IMG/VR virus record: IMGVR_UViG_3300037692_000675
Location: 1 to 56,984 of that record
From: a virus
Lineage: Duplodnaviria > Caudoviricetes
DNA length: 56,984 bases
Direction: 5' to 3' (one strand)
Position numbers and translations under genes: made by a program. Below the pieces are notes generated by a model. The model saw nothing but the letters and a program-made list of their open reading frames with translations, had not been told where the DNA came from and did no database searches. Each line of letters begins with the position of its first letter. Position 1 is the stretch's first letter. Shown here piece after piece: positions 1-8,473 of this stretch.

Positions 1-291
1 TCATCCTTCCGCCTTCAGCCGATACACCTCCGCCTCCAGCGCCTCGCGCCCCAGCTCCCCCAGCCCGTTCTGCTTCATCTTCTCGCGCACGAACCGCCGC
101 TTGGCCTCGCCCTTGCCGGGCCCGTAGAGCTGCTCGGCCGCCTGCACCAGGGCCTCCAGTACCTTGCGCACCCGCTCATCCTTCATCTGCTTGGCGTACT
201 CGCGCACGAACGCGATGGCCGCCACCAGCAGCGCCGCGCCCAGCCCCGGCACGACCACCTGCACCAGCCACTCCGTGACGATCTCAACCAC
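1..291 (-). CDS. LL-H-type phage holin-like protein
   Basis: GTG start at 291; N-terminal TM segment then LVQAAEQLYGPGKGEAKRRFV...LEAEV, the pattern of LL-H family holins; homologous to 20783..21184. Confidence 0.6.
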   Translation of the reverse strand: MVEIVTEWLVQVVVPGLGAALLVAAIAFVREYAKQMKDERVRKVLEALVQAAEQLYGPGKGEAKRRFVREKMKQNGLGELGREALEAEVYRLKAEG

Positions 292-646
292 TTGCCTCGG
301 CCTCCTCTTCCTTCGAGCCCTCGCTCTTGGCCAACTCCGCCGGGAGACACAGCCCGCGCACCTGCGCCGGCAGCTCTCCCAGCCGGTACACCACATACAG
401 CATCAGCGCGCACACCATCAGGTGCGCCAGCCACGCCACGCCGGCGGGCCGCCCGAGCCGCAGCCACAACTGCCAGCCCTGGCCGATACCGTCCACGACC
501 AGCGCCGCCAGCGTCAGCTCGCACACCCCGCCCAGCCCCAGCCGCCGCAACCGCAACCACACACTCAGGCACAGCGCCAGCAGCAGCACCTCGGCCGCCG
601 CCGGCACCAGCACTGTCAGCACCTCCCGGCCCATCTCGCTCACCAT
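284..646 (-). CDS. small multi-pass membrane protein
   Basis: three hydrophobic segments; stop overlaps holin start; start codon uncertain (634/646/670). Confidence 0.45.
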   Translation of the reverse strand: MVSEMGREVLTVLVPAAAEVLLLALCLSVWLRLRRLGLGGVCELTLAALVVDGIGQGWQLWLRLGRPAGVAWLAHLMVCALMLYVVYRLGELPAQVRGLCLPAELAKSEGSKEEEAEASG

Positions 647-725
647 CCCATCGGCCGCCAGACACGACAACGCCTCCGCGCTGTGATCAGCCGGAGGCGC
701 CCATGCTCTCGCCGCTTGTGTCTGG

Positions 726-956
726 CTAGGTCAGAACCGCTTCGTCCTCCCAGTCCTCATCCTCGTCCCAGAAGTCCTCATCCCCCTCCTCCGCCGGTTC
801 CCAGCGAATCCCTTGATCGCCGGGATACGGCTGCCGATGGTCGTGCCGGTTGTAGTAGACGTCGTCAGGCACGCCGTCAGGGAACGTCACGCACTGCCAG
901 TCCCTCTCGACTGGCCGCAGATGCTTGCAGAAGACACACTGTGATGCGAATTTCAT
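726..956 (-). CDS. small Cys/His protein, putative immunity protein (paralog 2)
   Basis: CxxCxH...CxxFPDGVP...HDHRQPYPGDQGIRWEP with acidic tail; tandem paralog of 963..1202. Confidence 0.6.
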   Translation of the reverse strand: MKFASQCVFCKHLRPVERDWQCVTFPDGVPDDVYYNRHDHRQPYPGDQGIRWEPAEEGDEDFWDEDEDWEDEAVLT

Positions 957-962
957 GGCGCA

Positions 963-1202
963 TCATCCCGCGGTCACGCCGGATAGGGACTCCTCGTCCT
1001 CATCCTCATCCCAGAAGTCTCGATCCTCCTCCTCCGCCGGCTCCCAACGCAGGCCCTGATCACCCGGATACGCTGTGCGGTGGTCATGGCGGTTCTCCAC
1101 GATATCCCGCGGTATCCCATCTGGGAAGGCTGCACACTTCCAGCCGACCTCGTTGGGGTAGAGCAGGTGCTTACAATGGTCACACTGCGAGTCGAACATC
1201 AT
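963..1202 (-). CDS. small Cys/His protein, putative immunity protein (paralog 1)
   Basis: CxxCxH...CAAFPDGIP...HDHRTAYPGDQGLRWEP; overlaps stop of upstream MuF-like peptidase. Confidence 0.6.
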   Translation of the reverse strand: MMFDSQCDHCKHLLYPNEVGWKCAAFPDGIPRDIVENRHDHRTAYPGDQGLRWEPAEEEDRDFWDEDEDEESLSGVTAG

Positions 1203-2002
1203 AGGACCCCATCCTCTCTCAACATGGCCTCAAGTGATCGGGCTGCGTCAGGCCACTGCCCCGCCCTCGTGTGCCTCGTCGCCGAGAAGGCTTCGGCGAA
1301 GCCCTCTGAGTAGTTGTCCGCACCTCGTCTCCCCAGACCCACCTTGTCCGCCTCGATCCACCACCGACCGTACCTGGGCCCATTCAGCCGATGCCGCAGG
1401 CAATGCCCATACTCGTGTGTGATGACATACTCCGGCGAGTTGCAGCTCGCTGGACTGCGGCCCCTACGTTCCAGCAGTGTCAATCTACGGTTCAGCGCCC
1501 GCAACCCTCTCTCACTCCCGAAGTACCGCGGCGACAGGTTGAGCCGGTGCTCCCCCTCCACCCACTCGGCAAACTCGTTCCGCCCCATCTTGCGAAACGA
1601 TAGCCTGAGCCCGTCCTTCGGCACCCCTGTCGGACACTCCTCCATGAGTCGCTTCAGGTGGGAGTATGCCCTCGTGAAGGTCCCGAAGTCCAGGTCCTCC
1701 GGCACTTCCTCCACGATGATGTCCGGATGGCCATTATCGGCCAGCCAGTCCTTCAGTAGTCTGTCCCGAGCCTCCCTGATCTCCGCCCGCCGCCTGGCTG
1801 CGATCATCACGCATTCCGGGCACGCGGTCGGCATGGGCACGGACACCTCCCAGAGGTCCTCGCCCACCTGCACCACCCTCGTGCCGCACCTGCAGTTGCG
1901 ATGGAACGGAGGCCTTTTCGGCAGCGGATGTACCGCCTTAGCCAGTCTGTCGTTCGCCCCGAACGACCACGCAAGTATCGGATCGCCACCCCGTCCGATC
2001 AT
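1199..2002 (-). CDS. MuF-like motif fused to zincin metallopeptidase (putative polymorphic toxin)
   Basis: PPFHRNCRC (MuF signature), CPEC, then HEYGH...EGFAEAF zincin motif. Confidence 0.6.
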   Translation of the reverse strand: MIGRGGDPILAWSFGANDRLAKAVHPLPKRPPFHRNCRCGTRVVQVGEDLWEVSVPMPTACPECVMIAARRRAEIREARDRLLKDWLADNGHPDIIVEEVPEDLDFGTFTRAYSHLKRLMEECPTGVPKDGLRLSFRKMGRNEFAEWVEGEHRLNLSPRYFGSERGLRALNRRLTLLERRGRSPASCNSPEYVITHEYGHCLRHRLNGPRYGRWWIEADKVGLGRRGADNYSEGFAEAFSATRHTRAGQWPDAARSLEAMLREDGVL

Positions 2003-2109
2003 CCCCTCCTCCTCTCTTCCTCACTTCGCGAACCACATGCAACAAACAGGGCCGCCACCTCTGCGGGTAGCGGCCCCTGCCGTTGCCTTCAACTCACAAC
2101 TCGCAACTC

Positions 2110-2421
2110 TCACCCGTCATCCAGCCGCTCAAACCCCTTATCTATCCCGGTCTTCAGCCGCTTGAGCGTCGCGCCCCCGCACACCGCCCCGATCAGCGCC
2201 GTGCCGAAGCTGTGATCCACCGCATGCGCCGCCACCAGCGACACGATCAGCGTCCCAACGAACCCCAGGTGCAGCGCCCCGCGCCGCATCTGCGGCAGCA
2301 CCAGCGGCTTGCGCTCCAGCACGGTCGTGGCCAGCGCCCCGAGCACCCCGGCCAGCGTGAACCACAGGAAGCTCTTCACTTCCGGGCTCAGCCCACTTAT
2401 CACTCGCGCCCATTCGTCCAT
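2110..2421 (-). CDS. small membrane protein (DUF4257-like)
   Basis: 3 TM segments, GVLGAL..LVLP..LGFVGTLIV pattern; GGGGA upstream. Confidence 0.5.
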   Translation of the reverse strand: MDEWARVISGLSPEVKSFLWFTLAGVLGALATTVLERKPLVLPQMRRGALHLGFVGTLIVSLVAAHAVDHSFGTALIGAVCGGATLKRLKTGIDKGFERLDDG

Positions 2422-2434
2422 CGCTCAGTCCCCA

Positions 2435-2484
2435 TGTGGATTCACAACGACTTGCGAGATTCGCATCCCCTTCGGCAAAGCCGC
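2435..2484 (+). mobile_element. relic left end of a related Mu-like element
   Basis: TGTGGATTCACAACGACTTGCGAGATTCGCATCCCCTTCGGCAAAGCCG aligns with the prophage left end TGTAGATTCGCCAATTCTTTGCGAAATTCTCATTTTATTCAGTAAGCCG and contains TTCGCATC-N5-CGGCAAA (2460..2479). Confidence 0.6.
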
Positions 2485-3785
2485 TCGGCCGCGATCCGCC
2501 GCGCCTGCAGCTCAAGCTCGTGCATCTCCTGCGGCGACCGCAGCGCCGGCCGCTGCTCCATGACGCCGTCCAGCACCACCTCGAGCGCCGCCACATTGCC
2601 CGCCAGCGAGAACTCCTCCCGGATGCGCTTCTGCCCGCCCTTGATCGCCTTCGCCCGGGTCCGCTTGTCCCGCAGCAGCTTCAGCGCCCCGGCGGCCATC
2701 GCGTCCGTGTCGCCCACGTCCACCGCGATCGCCAGGCCGCGCAGCACCTCCGCACACCCGCCCGCGAACGTGCTCACGATCGGCACACCCGCCGCCATCG
2801 CCTCCAGGAGCACCATCCCCAGGCCCTCCCAATCGCTCGGGTGCACCATCACGTCCGCGGCCGCGTACGCGAGCACGACCTCGTCATGGGGCAGCATGTA
2901 GTGCCAGGCGTCCACGCCCCACCGCAGCCCGATCTGCTGGCCCAGGCGCACGAAGTACTCGCTCGCCAGGCACGTCCCGACCATGAGCAGTTGCAGGTCC
3001 GGCTGCTGCTCGCGGGCCTTCACGAAGGCCTTCATGGCGTCCTCAGGCCGCTTCTCGGCGCTGAACCGCCCGCAGTACAGCATCACCGGCGCGTCCGGCT
3101 GCAGCCCAAACCGCCGCCGCGCCTCCGCCCGCCGCTCGCTCGCCTGCCCGTACCGCTCATACTTGATCGCGTTGCGGATGACCGTCGCCGGCGCATGGTC
3201 CGGCCGGTGGACCTCGATCTGCCGCAGCGTCGTCTCGCTGACCGCCACAATGGCCTGGCTGGGCATCGCCCACGAGTTCCAGCACCCGTAGCCGTGCCAG
3301 TACTCGACGATCGGGATCCCGTGCATGTGGGTGACCCAGAACGGCCCCCACGCGCACGAGATGATGAAGGCGTCATACTCCCGCTCCATCAGGAACCGCT
3401 GGAAGCCCGCGCACTGCTCGATCGGCGTGAAAGGCCCGGTCCGCTCCTGCGGGGTAAACGCCTCGAAGCCCTCGTTGAGCACGATCAGCTCATCGAACGC
3501 CTCGGCGAGGGGCACGAACGTGTCCAGCGCCTGCCACACGTAGGCATCCACAATGTACTTCTCCCGGCTCAGCCCCTCGGCGATGTCCCGGTTCACGGTC
3601 TCGACGCCCCCGCCGCACAGGTAGCTCCAGAAGATGCCCACACGCTTCCCCCGCCCGCCCCGCTGCCCTCTGATGACGCATGCCGTCGTCGCGTGGGCGC
3701 GCGTGTCCTCACGCGCGCGATTCGTCCGACACACCCGCGCCTCCCTCACCACACCCTTGTCCGTCCGGTGCACCAGCGTTTTCAT
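2442..3785 (-). CDS. GT4 (GT-B) glycosyltransferase, outer copy
   Basis: GGGVET, CGRFSAEKRP, PSDWEGLGMVLLEAMAAGVP motifs; nearly identical to 6813..8147. Confidence 0.9.
   Translation of the reverse strand: MKTLVHRTDKGVVREARVCRTNRAREDTRAHATTACVIRGQRGGRGKRVGIFWSYLCGGGVETVNRDIAEGLSREKYIVDAYVWQALDTFVPLAEAFDELIVLNEGFEAFTPQERTGPFTPIEQCAGFQRFLMEREYDAFIISCAWGPFWVTHMHGIPIVEYWHGYGCWNSWAMPSQAIVAVSETTLRQIEVHRPDHAPATVIRNAIKYERYGQASERRAEARRRFGLQPDAPVMLYCGRFSAEKRPEDAMKAFVKAREQQPDLQLLMVGTCLASEYFVRLGQQIGLRWGVDAWHYMLPHDEVVLAYAAADVMVHPSDWEGLGMVLLEAMAAGVPIVSTFAGGCAEVLRGLAIAVDVGDTDAMAAGALKLLRDKRTRAKAIKGGQKRIREEFSLAGNVAALEVVLDGVMEQRPALRSPQEMHELELQARRIAAERLCRRGCESRKSL
3689..3719 (+). repeat. REP-like hairpin family E (GCGTGGGCGCGCGTGTCCTCACGCGCG and GGGACCGCGGGCRTCYYGCCCGCG variants)
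   Basis: copies at ~3689 (in GT CDS), 4534, 4883; related hairpins at ~18788, 21200, 41617 (in CDS), 51392, 55266. Confidence 0.8.
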
Positions 3786-4513
3786 CGCAACCCCCCTGTC
3801 CGCGTCCACGAATACTCCAGGTCCGCCGTGCCGCCCGTCCAGCCTCCTCCCACCTCATCCGTCCGCAGGGCCATCACCCGGAACCGCGTCCCGTCCGTGC
3901 AGCTCGTGTCCAACAGGAAGATCACCCCCGGCGCCTCCGCGAATCGCGGTGGCTCTGCCCACCGGAACTCCTCCTCATGGTCCACCTCGATCGGCGCCAT
4001 CGCCCCTTCATCCAGCCCGTAGAAACCCTCCAGCACTCCGCTTCCGGACGTCTCGCCGATCTCCAGCCTAAAGCAGTTGCGGTCCACGCCGGGCGCGTTG
4101 TTGTCCACGCCCGTGACCTCGCCCGCCTCATCCAGCGTCATGGACCCCAGATACACCGCGCCGTCGGGCTTCTCTGGCGACAGTTGCGCCATGAACGCCA
4201 CCGCGCCGTCAGGCGCCGAGACGCTCGTGGTGTGTGCGAACACGAAGTTGACCGCATCGGCGATCAGCCCGGTCGCATCCTGGTCCGCGCTCGTCTCACA
4301 CCAGCACCCGGCCACCAACCCTTCGCCGGCCGCCACTTGCCCCTCCAGCGTCAGTTCCCATCCGGCGTGCGCGCCGTCGGCCAGCAGCTTCCGGATCACC
4401 TTGCCGACCACGCGGTCCACGGTCGCGGCCAGCCGGTTATGGTGGTCCGGCTCGATGATCTCATCGGTCACCACTCCGACCGCCAGCCCATAGTTCTCGC
4501 TTATCCCTGCCAT
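3782..4513 (-). CDS. putative tail/baseplate-associated protein of outer element
   Basis: N-half resembles 14109..15113 (NFVF/NYVH, VTGVDNN/VTAVDNS); C-half closely matches 8144..8473 (EGFYGL..FRVMALRTDEVGGGWTG..YSWTRTGGL). Confidence 0.65.
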   Translation of the reverse strand: MAGISENYGLAVGVVTDEIIEPDHHNRLAATVDRVVGKVIRKLLADGAHAGWELTLEGQVAAGEGLVAGCWCETSADQDATGLIADAVNFVFAHTTSVSAPDGAVAFMAQLSPEKPDGAVYLGSMTLDEAGEVTGVDNNAPGVDRNCFRLEIGETSGSGVLEGFYGLDEGAMAPIEVDHEEEFRWAEPPRFAEAPGVIFLLDTSCTDGTRFRVMALRTDEVGGGWTGGTADLEYSWTRTGGLR

Positions 4514-4577
4514 CTAGCCACTCTCCATCATCCGCGTGGGCGCCCGACCCCAAGGGTCGTCCGTGTCCTCACGCGCG

Positions 4578-4650
4578 CCGTTGCCGTTGTCGTTCCCCTC
4601 TCCGGAGCGAAGCGAGGGAGAGGGGTAGGGGTGAGGACGCCGTTCGCCGT
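4578..4650 (+). repeat. REP-like family A (CCGTTG..TTCCCCTCTCCGGAGCGAAGCGAGGGAGAGGGGTAGGGGTGAGGACGCCGTT)
   Basis: near-identical copies at ~4578, 51421, 51914, 55313, 55500, 56583; all in the same orientation. Confidence 0.9.
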
Positions 4651-4660
4651 TCACTCGCCA

Positions 4661-4867
4661 CTAACCACTCACCACTCTGCCGTACCGTCCCCGCCCATAC
4701 AGCCCCCTCCGCAGCACGCCGCCCTCCGCCGTCATCCGCATCAGGAACCGATTGCCGCCGCCCATCGCCGCCGCACCGCTGCGCCCCGCGGCCGTCGTCG
4801 TCGCCCCCCTCAACGCCGGCCGCACCTGCCGATCCACTACCCGCCGCACAATCTGCACAATGTCCAT
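4661..4867 (-). CDS. small hypothetical protein of outer tail cluster
   Basis: MDIVQIVRRVVDRQV; positional counterpart of 15106..15330. Confidence 0.5.
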   Translation of the reverse strand: MDIVQIVRRVVDRQVRPALRGATTTAAGRSGAAAMGGGNRFLMRMTAEGGVLRRGLYGRGRYGRVVSG

Positions 4868-4945
4868 CCTACCCGCTCCCGTCGCGTGGGCGCGCGTGTC
4901 CTCACGCGCGCTACCGTTTACTCGCCCACTCGCCCACTCAACCAC

Positions 4946-5432
4946 TCACTCACTCCCCAGCCACCGCCCCTCCACCGTCGTCACCGCCACCTCCCGCGGC
5001 CGCCGCCGCACCCGGTGCCTTACTGCCTCCACGCGATACAGCTCCCCATCCACGCCCACCGCCTCGCCGCCGTGGATCCGCATCACCTGCCCGACCCGCA
5101 CCTCGGGCAAGAGCGGCGTCACCACCAGCGCATGTTCGGGCCGCCCGCTCAGCTCCTCCAGCCGCTCCATCGCGAGCTGGTTCACCGCCTCGCGGGTCGT
5201 CGCCCCGGCTACGGTCGTCACATCCATCTTTCGCCAGCCCACATAGCGCGCCGACTGCGGGTCATGCAGCGACGCCGCATCGAAACACGTGGACCGCATC
5301 GGCCGCCCCTTGTCATCCACCCCGCACACGACGACGTAGTTCGCGTACTCCTCGTGCGCCAGGCTCCGCCGCGTCCGCCGCACGCCCAGCACCTCCCCCT
5401 CGGCCCCCGGTGTCGGCGCCTCTGTCGCCCGC
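4946..5432 (-). pseudogene. 3' part of tail-type gene interrupted by the prophage
   Basis: joins in frame with 49553..51365 across the TSD (..VRWELYTR|ATEAPT..); homologous to C-terminus of 15388..17634. Confidence 0.9.
5428..5432 (+). repeat. target site duplication, left copy (CCCGC)
   Basis: identical to 49553..49557; fits Mu NY(G/C)RN target consensus. Confidence 0.92.
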
Positions 5433-5499
5433 TGTAGATTCGCCAATTCTTTGCGAAATTCTCATTTTATTCAGTAAGCCGTGCCGCTTTAATTGAGAA
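5433..5499 (+). promoter_or_regulatory. prophage left end with putative transposase-binding sites
   Basis: AT-rich; minus-strand TTCGCAAAGAATTGGCGAAT (5438..5457) and TTCTCAATTAAAGCGGCAC (5481..5499) resemble right-end repeats. Confidence 0.8.
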
Positions 5500-5521
5500 A
5501 AAGAACAGGACCGCAGCCTCG

Positions 5522-6166
5522 TCAGTCCAGTCGCCCATCACCCAATATCTGTCGCTCCACCTGCTTCCACGGCAGCGCGCTCGGATCAAGCCCCAAGTCC
5601 ACCAACAGATTCCCCAATACCTCCCTCGGGTGCGCTTCCAGCTCCTCCAGCGTCAGCCACCGCGCTCCCGGACAGCCCTGCGACGTCCGCACTCGCCGGA
5701 TGATCTCATTGCGCGCCTGATCCTCGTCGGCGGCGAACCCCACGCGCAGCCAGCTCCGCATTGTCGCCTCCAACTCGCGCTCGATGTAGACGATCTCGCA
5801 GCCTGGACACAGCTCCCGCAGCAGTGGCCACAGCATCGTGTACGCCGGCGACTTATCCCCGATGTACAGCTTCCCTGGCGCCAGGAGCACCCGAAGTCCC
5901 TCGAGCGCCGCCCGCGCGATCTCCTGCGGCCGCCAGCGCTGTGCCCAGTACTCGTCATAGCCCCACAGGTGCATCGTCTGCTCATAGACTGCTTCCCCGC
6001 AGTGCCAGATGATCGGCGCCGGCGGACCCTCGCACAGCGACATCAGCTTCGGCGCCACGTTGGCCTCATGGGTGCACAGCGCGACGTCCGGATGCTGAGC
6101 CAGACACCACGCCAGTAGCTTCGTGCCCGTCCGCCCCGCGCCGCTCACGAACAGCCATCGCGTCAT
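5522..6166 (-). CDS. sulfotransferase family protein
   Basis: LFVSGAGRTGTKLL (5'-PSB loop), LAQHPDV, GDKSP, IVYIER...SW. Confidence 0.8.
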   Translation of the reverse strand: MTRWLFVSGAGRTGTKLLAWCLAQHPDVALCTHEANVAPKLMSLCEGPPAPIIWHCGEAVYEQTMHLWGYDEYWAQRWRPQEIARAALEGLRVLLAPGKLYIGDKSPAYTMLWPLLRELCPGCEIVYIERELEATMRSWLRVGFAADEDQARNEIIRRVRTSQGCPGARWLTLEELEAHPREVLGNLLVDLGLDPSALPWKQVERQILGDGRLD

Positions 6167-6816
6167 GGCGTCACCTTCCGCAGGATGGCGTAGCGCCGTC
6201 GCCCGCCCCAGATCGCCGGTGTGATCCGCGTGAGCGCCAGGCCATGCCGCCGCTCGATGTCGGCCCAAATGTCCGCCGGCAGCGGGCAGATCGGCCAGTC
6301 GGCCGCTTGCCCTGGTTGCGGACCGTCCCCAGGCCAGAAGTCCATGCTCAACAGTCCGCCCGCGCACAACCAGCGCCGCGCATGATCCAGGATGATGTCG
6401 AGCTCAGACACCCCCTGATGGATAAAAAAGCTGGTGCCGAAGATGATGTCGAAGCCATTGTCCCAGGCGGCTTCCGCCTGCCAAACCGTGTGCGAAAAGA
6501 CGACATCCTCCCACTCCCGATAGCGTCCGCGCGCCACCTGCACGGCCACGCGGCTATGGTCCAGCCCCCAGTATCGTCCGCCCGCCGCCGCGACGTGGGC
6601 GGCGCAGCGCCCCACTCCGCACCCCAACTCCAACACCTGCGCGTCTTTGACCATGGCGCGAGGCACCAGCAGCTCCGTCTCCCAGAACAGCTCGTCGGAC
6701 TGCTCCTCGGCATCACACCACAACTGCGCCCCCCGCGCGTTCCACAGGTCCACTGTCGCTCTGTCCCAGGCGGCCAACTGCCCCTCCGTCACGTCCTGCC
6801 CAAAGATGTCGATCAT
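6163..6816 (-). CDS. class I SAM-dependent methyltransferase
   Basis: VLELGCGVGR, GLDHS, FDII, LCAGG motifs; ATGA overlaps with both neighbours. Confidence 0.85.
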   Translation of the reverse strand: MIDIFGQDVTEGQLAAWDRATVDLWNARGAQLWCDAEEQSDELFWETELLVPRAMVKDAQVLELGCGVGRCAAHVAAAGGRYWGLDHSRVAVQVARGRYREWEDVVFSHTVWQAEAAWDNGFDIIFGTSFFIHQGVSELDIILDHARRWLCAGGLLSMDFWPGDGPQPGQAADWPICPLPADIWADIERRHGLALTRITPAIWGGRRRYAILRKVTP

Positions 6817-8147
6817 CGCTTCTTTGCCTTCTTCCCGACCTGCGCGGCCGCGATCCGCCGCGCCTGCAGCTCGAGCTCGTGCATCTCCTGGGGTGACCGC
6901 AGCGCCGGCCGCTGCTCCATGACGCCGTCCAGCACCACCTCGAGCGCCGCCACATTGCCCGCCAGCGAGAACTCCTCCCGGATCCGCTTCTGCCCGCCCT
7001 TGATGGCCTTCGCCCGGGCCCGCTTGTCGCGCAGCAGCTTCAGCGCGCCGGCGGCCATCGCGTCCGTGTCGCCCACGTCCACCGCGATCGCCAGGCCGCG
7101 CAGCACCTCCGCGCACCCGCCCGCGAACGTGCTCACGATCGGCACGCCCGCCGCCATGGCCTCCAGGAGCACCATCCCCAATCCCTCCCAGTCGCTCGGG
7201 TGCACCATCACATCTGCGGCCGCGTACGCCAGCACCACCTCATCATGGGGCAGCATGTAGTGCCACGCATCCACGCCCCAGCGCAGCCCGATCTCCTGCC
7301 CCAGCCGCACGAAGTACCCGCTCGCCAGGCACGTCCCGACCATCAGGAGCTGCAGGTCCGGCTGCTGCTCGCGGGCCTTCACGAAGGCCTTCATGGCGTC
7401 CTCAGGCCGCTTCTCGGCGCTGAACCGCCCGCAGTACAGCATCACCGGCGCGTCCGGATGCAACCTGAACCGCCGTCGCGCCTCCGCCCGCCGCTCGCTC
7501 GCCTGGCCGTACCGCTCGTACTTGATCGCGTTGCGGATCACCGTCGCCGGCGCGTGCTCTGGCCGGTGGACCTCGATCTGCCGCAACGTCGTCTCGCTGA
7601 CCGCCACAATGGCCTGGCTGGGCATCGCCCACGAGTTCCAGCACCCGTAGCCGTGCCAGTACTCGACGATCGGGATCCCGTGCATGTGGGTGACCCAGAA
7701 CGGTCCCCACGCGCACGAGATGATGAAGGCGTCATACTCCCGCTCCATCAGGAAGCGCTGGAAGCCCGCGCACTGCTCGATCGCCGTGAACGGCCCGGTC
7801 CGCTCCTGCGGGGTGAAGGCCTCGAACTCCTCGTTGAGCACGATCAGCTCATCGAACGCCTGTGCCAGCGGCAGGAACGTGTCGAGCGCCTGCCACACAT
7901 AGGCGTCCACGATGTACTTCTCCCGGCTCAACCCCTCGGCGATGTCCCGGTTCACGGTCTCCACGCCGCCCCCGCACAGGTAGCTCCAGAAGATGCCCAC
8001 ACGCTTCCCCTGGCCGCCCCGCGCGCCCGGGATGACCAATGGGCCCACGGTGCCTTCCGGCGCCGCAGTGGGCTTCCTGGCGAAATTGATGACCCTGGGC
8101 TGGCTGACGACGCCCTTGCTCGTCCGGTGCACTACGGTCCTGTTCAC
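6813..8147 (-). CDS. GT4 (GT-B) glycosyltransferase, prophage copy
   Basis: EGLGMVLLEAMAAG (EX7E) and GRFSAEK motifs. Confidence 0.9.
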   Translation of the reverse strand: MNRTVVHRTSKGVVSQPRVINFARKPTAAPEGTVGPLVIPGARGGQGKRVGIFWSYLCGGGVETVNRDIAEGLSREKYIVDAYVWQALDTFLPLAQAFDELIVLNEEFEAFTPQERTGPFTAIEQCAGFQRFLMEREYDAFIISCAWGPFWVTHMHGIPIVEYWHGYGCWNSWAMPSQAIVAVSETTLRQIEVHRPEHAPATVIRNAIKYERYGQASERRAEARRRFRLHPDAPVMLYCGRFSAEKRPEDAMKAFVKAREQQPDLQLLMVGTCLASGYFVRLGQEIGLRWGVDAWHYMLPHDEVVLAYAAADVMVHPSDWEGLGMVLLEAMAAGVPIVSTFAGGCAEVLRGLAIAVDVGDTDAMAAGALKLLRDKRARAKAIKGGQKRIREEFSLAGNVAALEVVLDGVMEQRPALRSPQEMHELELQARRIAAAQVGKKAKKR

Positions 8148-8473
8148 TTCAAGCCCCCTGTCCGCGTCCAGCTATAATCCAGGTCCGCGTAGGCGTACCC
8201 CGTCCAGCCGCCGCCGACCTCATCGGTCCGCAGCGCCATCACCCGAAACTGGCTGCCGCCCGTGTAGCTGCAGTCCAGCAGATACGCCACACCGGGCGCC
8301 TCGGCGAACCGGGGCGCCTCCGCCCAGTGGAAGTCCCCGTCCACCAGGTGCTCGACCTCGATCGGCACCATCGCGCCCTCCGGCAGCCCATAGAACCCCT
8401 CCAGCGTGCCCGACCCCTCGATGGTCTCGGTGTTGTCCGCCCGGTCCCAGTGCAGCGTCTCGTGCGCCATCAT
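8144..8473 (-). CDS. small hypothetical protein, probably tail-associated
   Basis: translationally coupled to both neighbours; homologous to C-half of 3782..4513. Confidence 0.7.
   Translation of the reverse strand: MMAHETLHWDRADNTETIEGSGTLEGFYGLPEGAMVPIEVEHLVDGDFHWAEAPRFAEAPGVAYLLDCSYTGGSQFRVMALRTDEVGGGWTGYAYADLDYSWTRTGGLK

Noticed and set aside
4946-5446. ORF 4946..5446 as an intact gene starting MANLQ
   Set aside because: Its first codons come from the prophage left end; it is the 3' half of the interrupted gene.
2486-8010. GT duplication or tail-gene repeats as DGR template/variable repeats
   Set aside because: No reverse transcriptase in the window; differences are mostly synonymous and not adenine-specific by eye.
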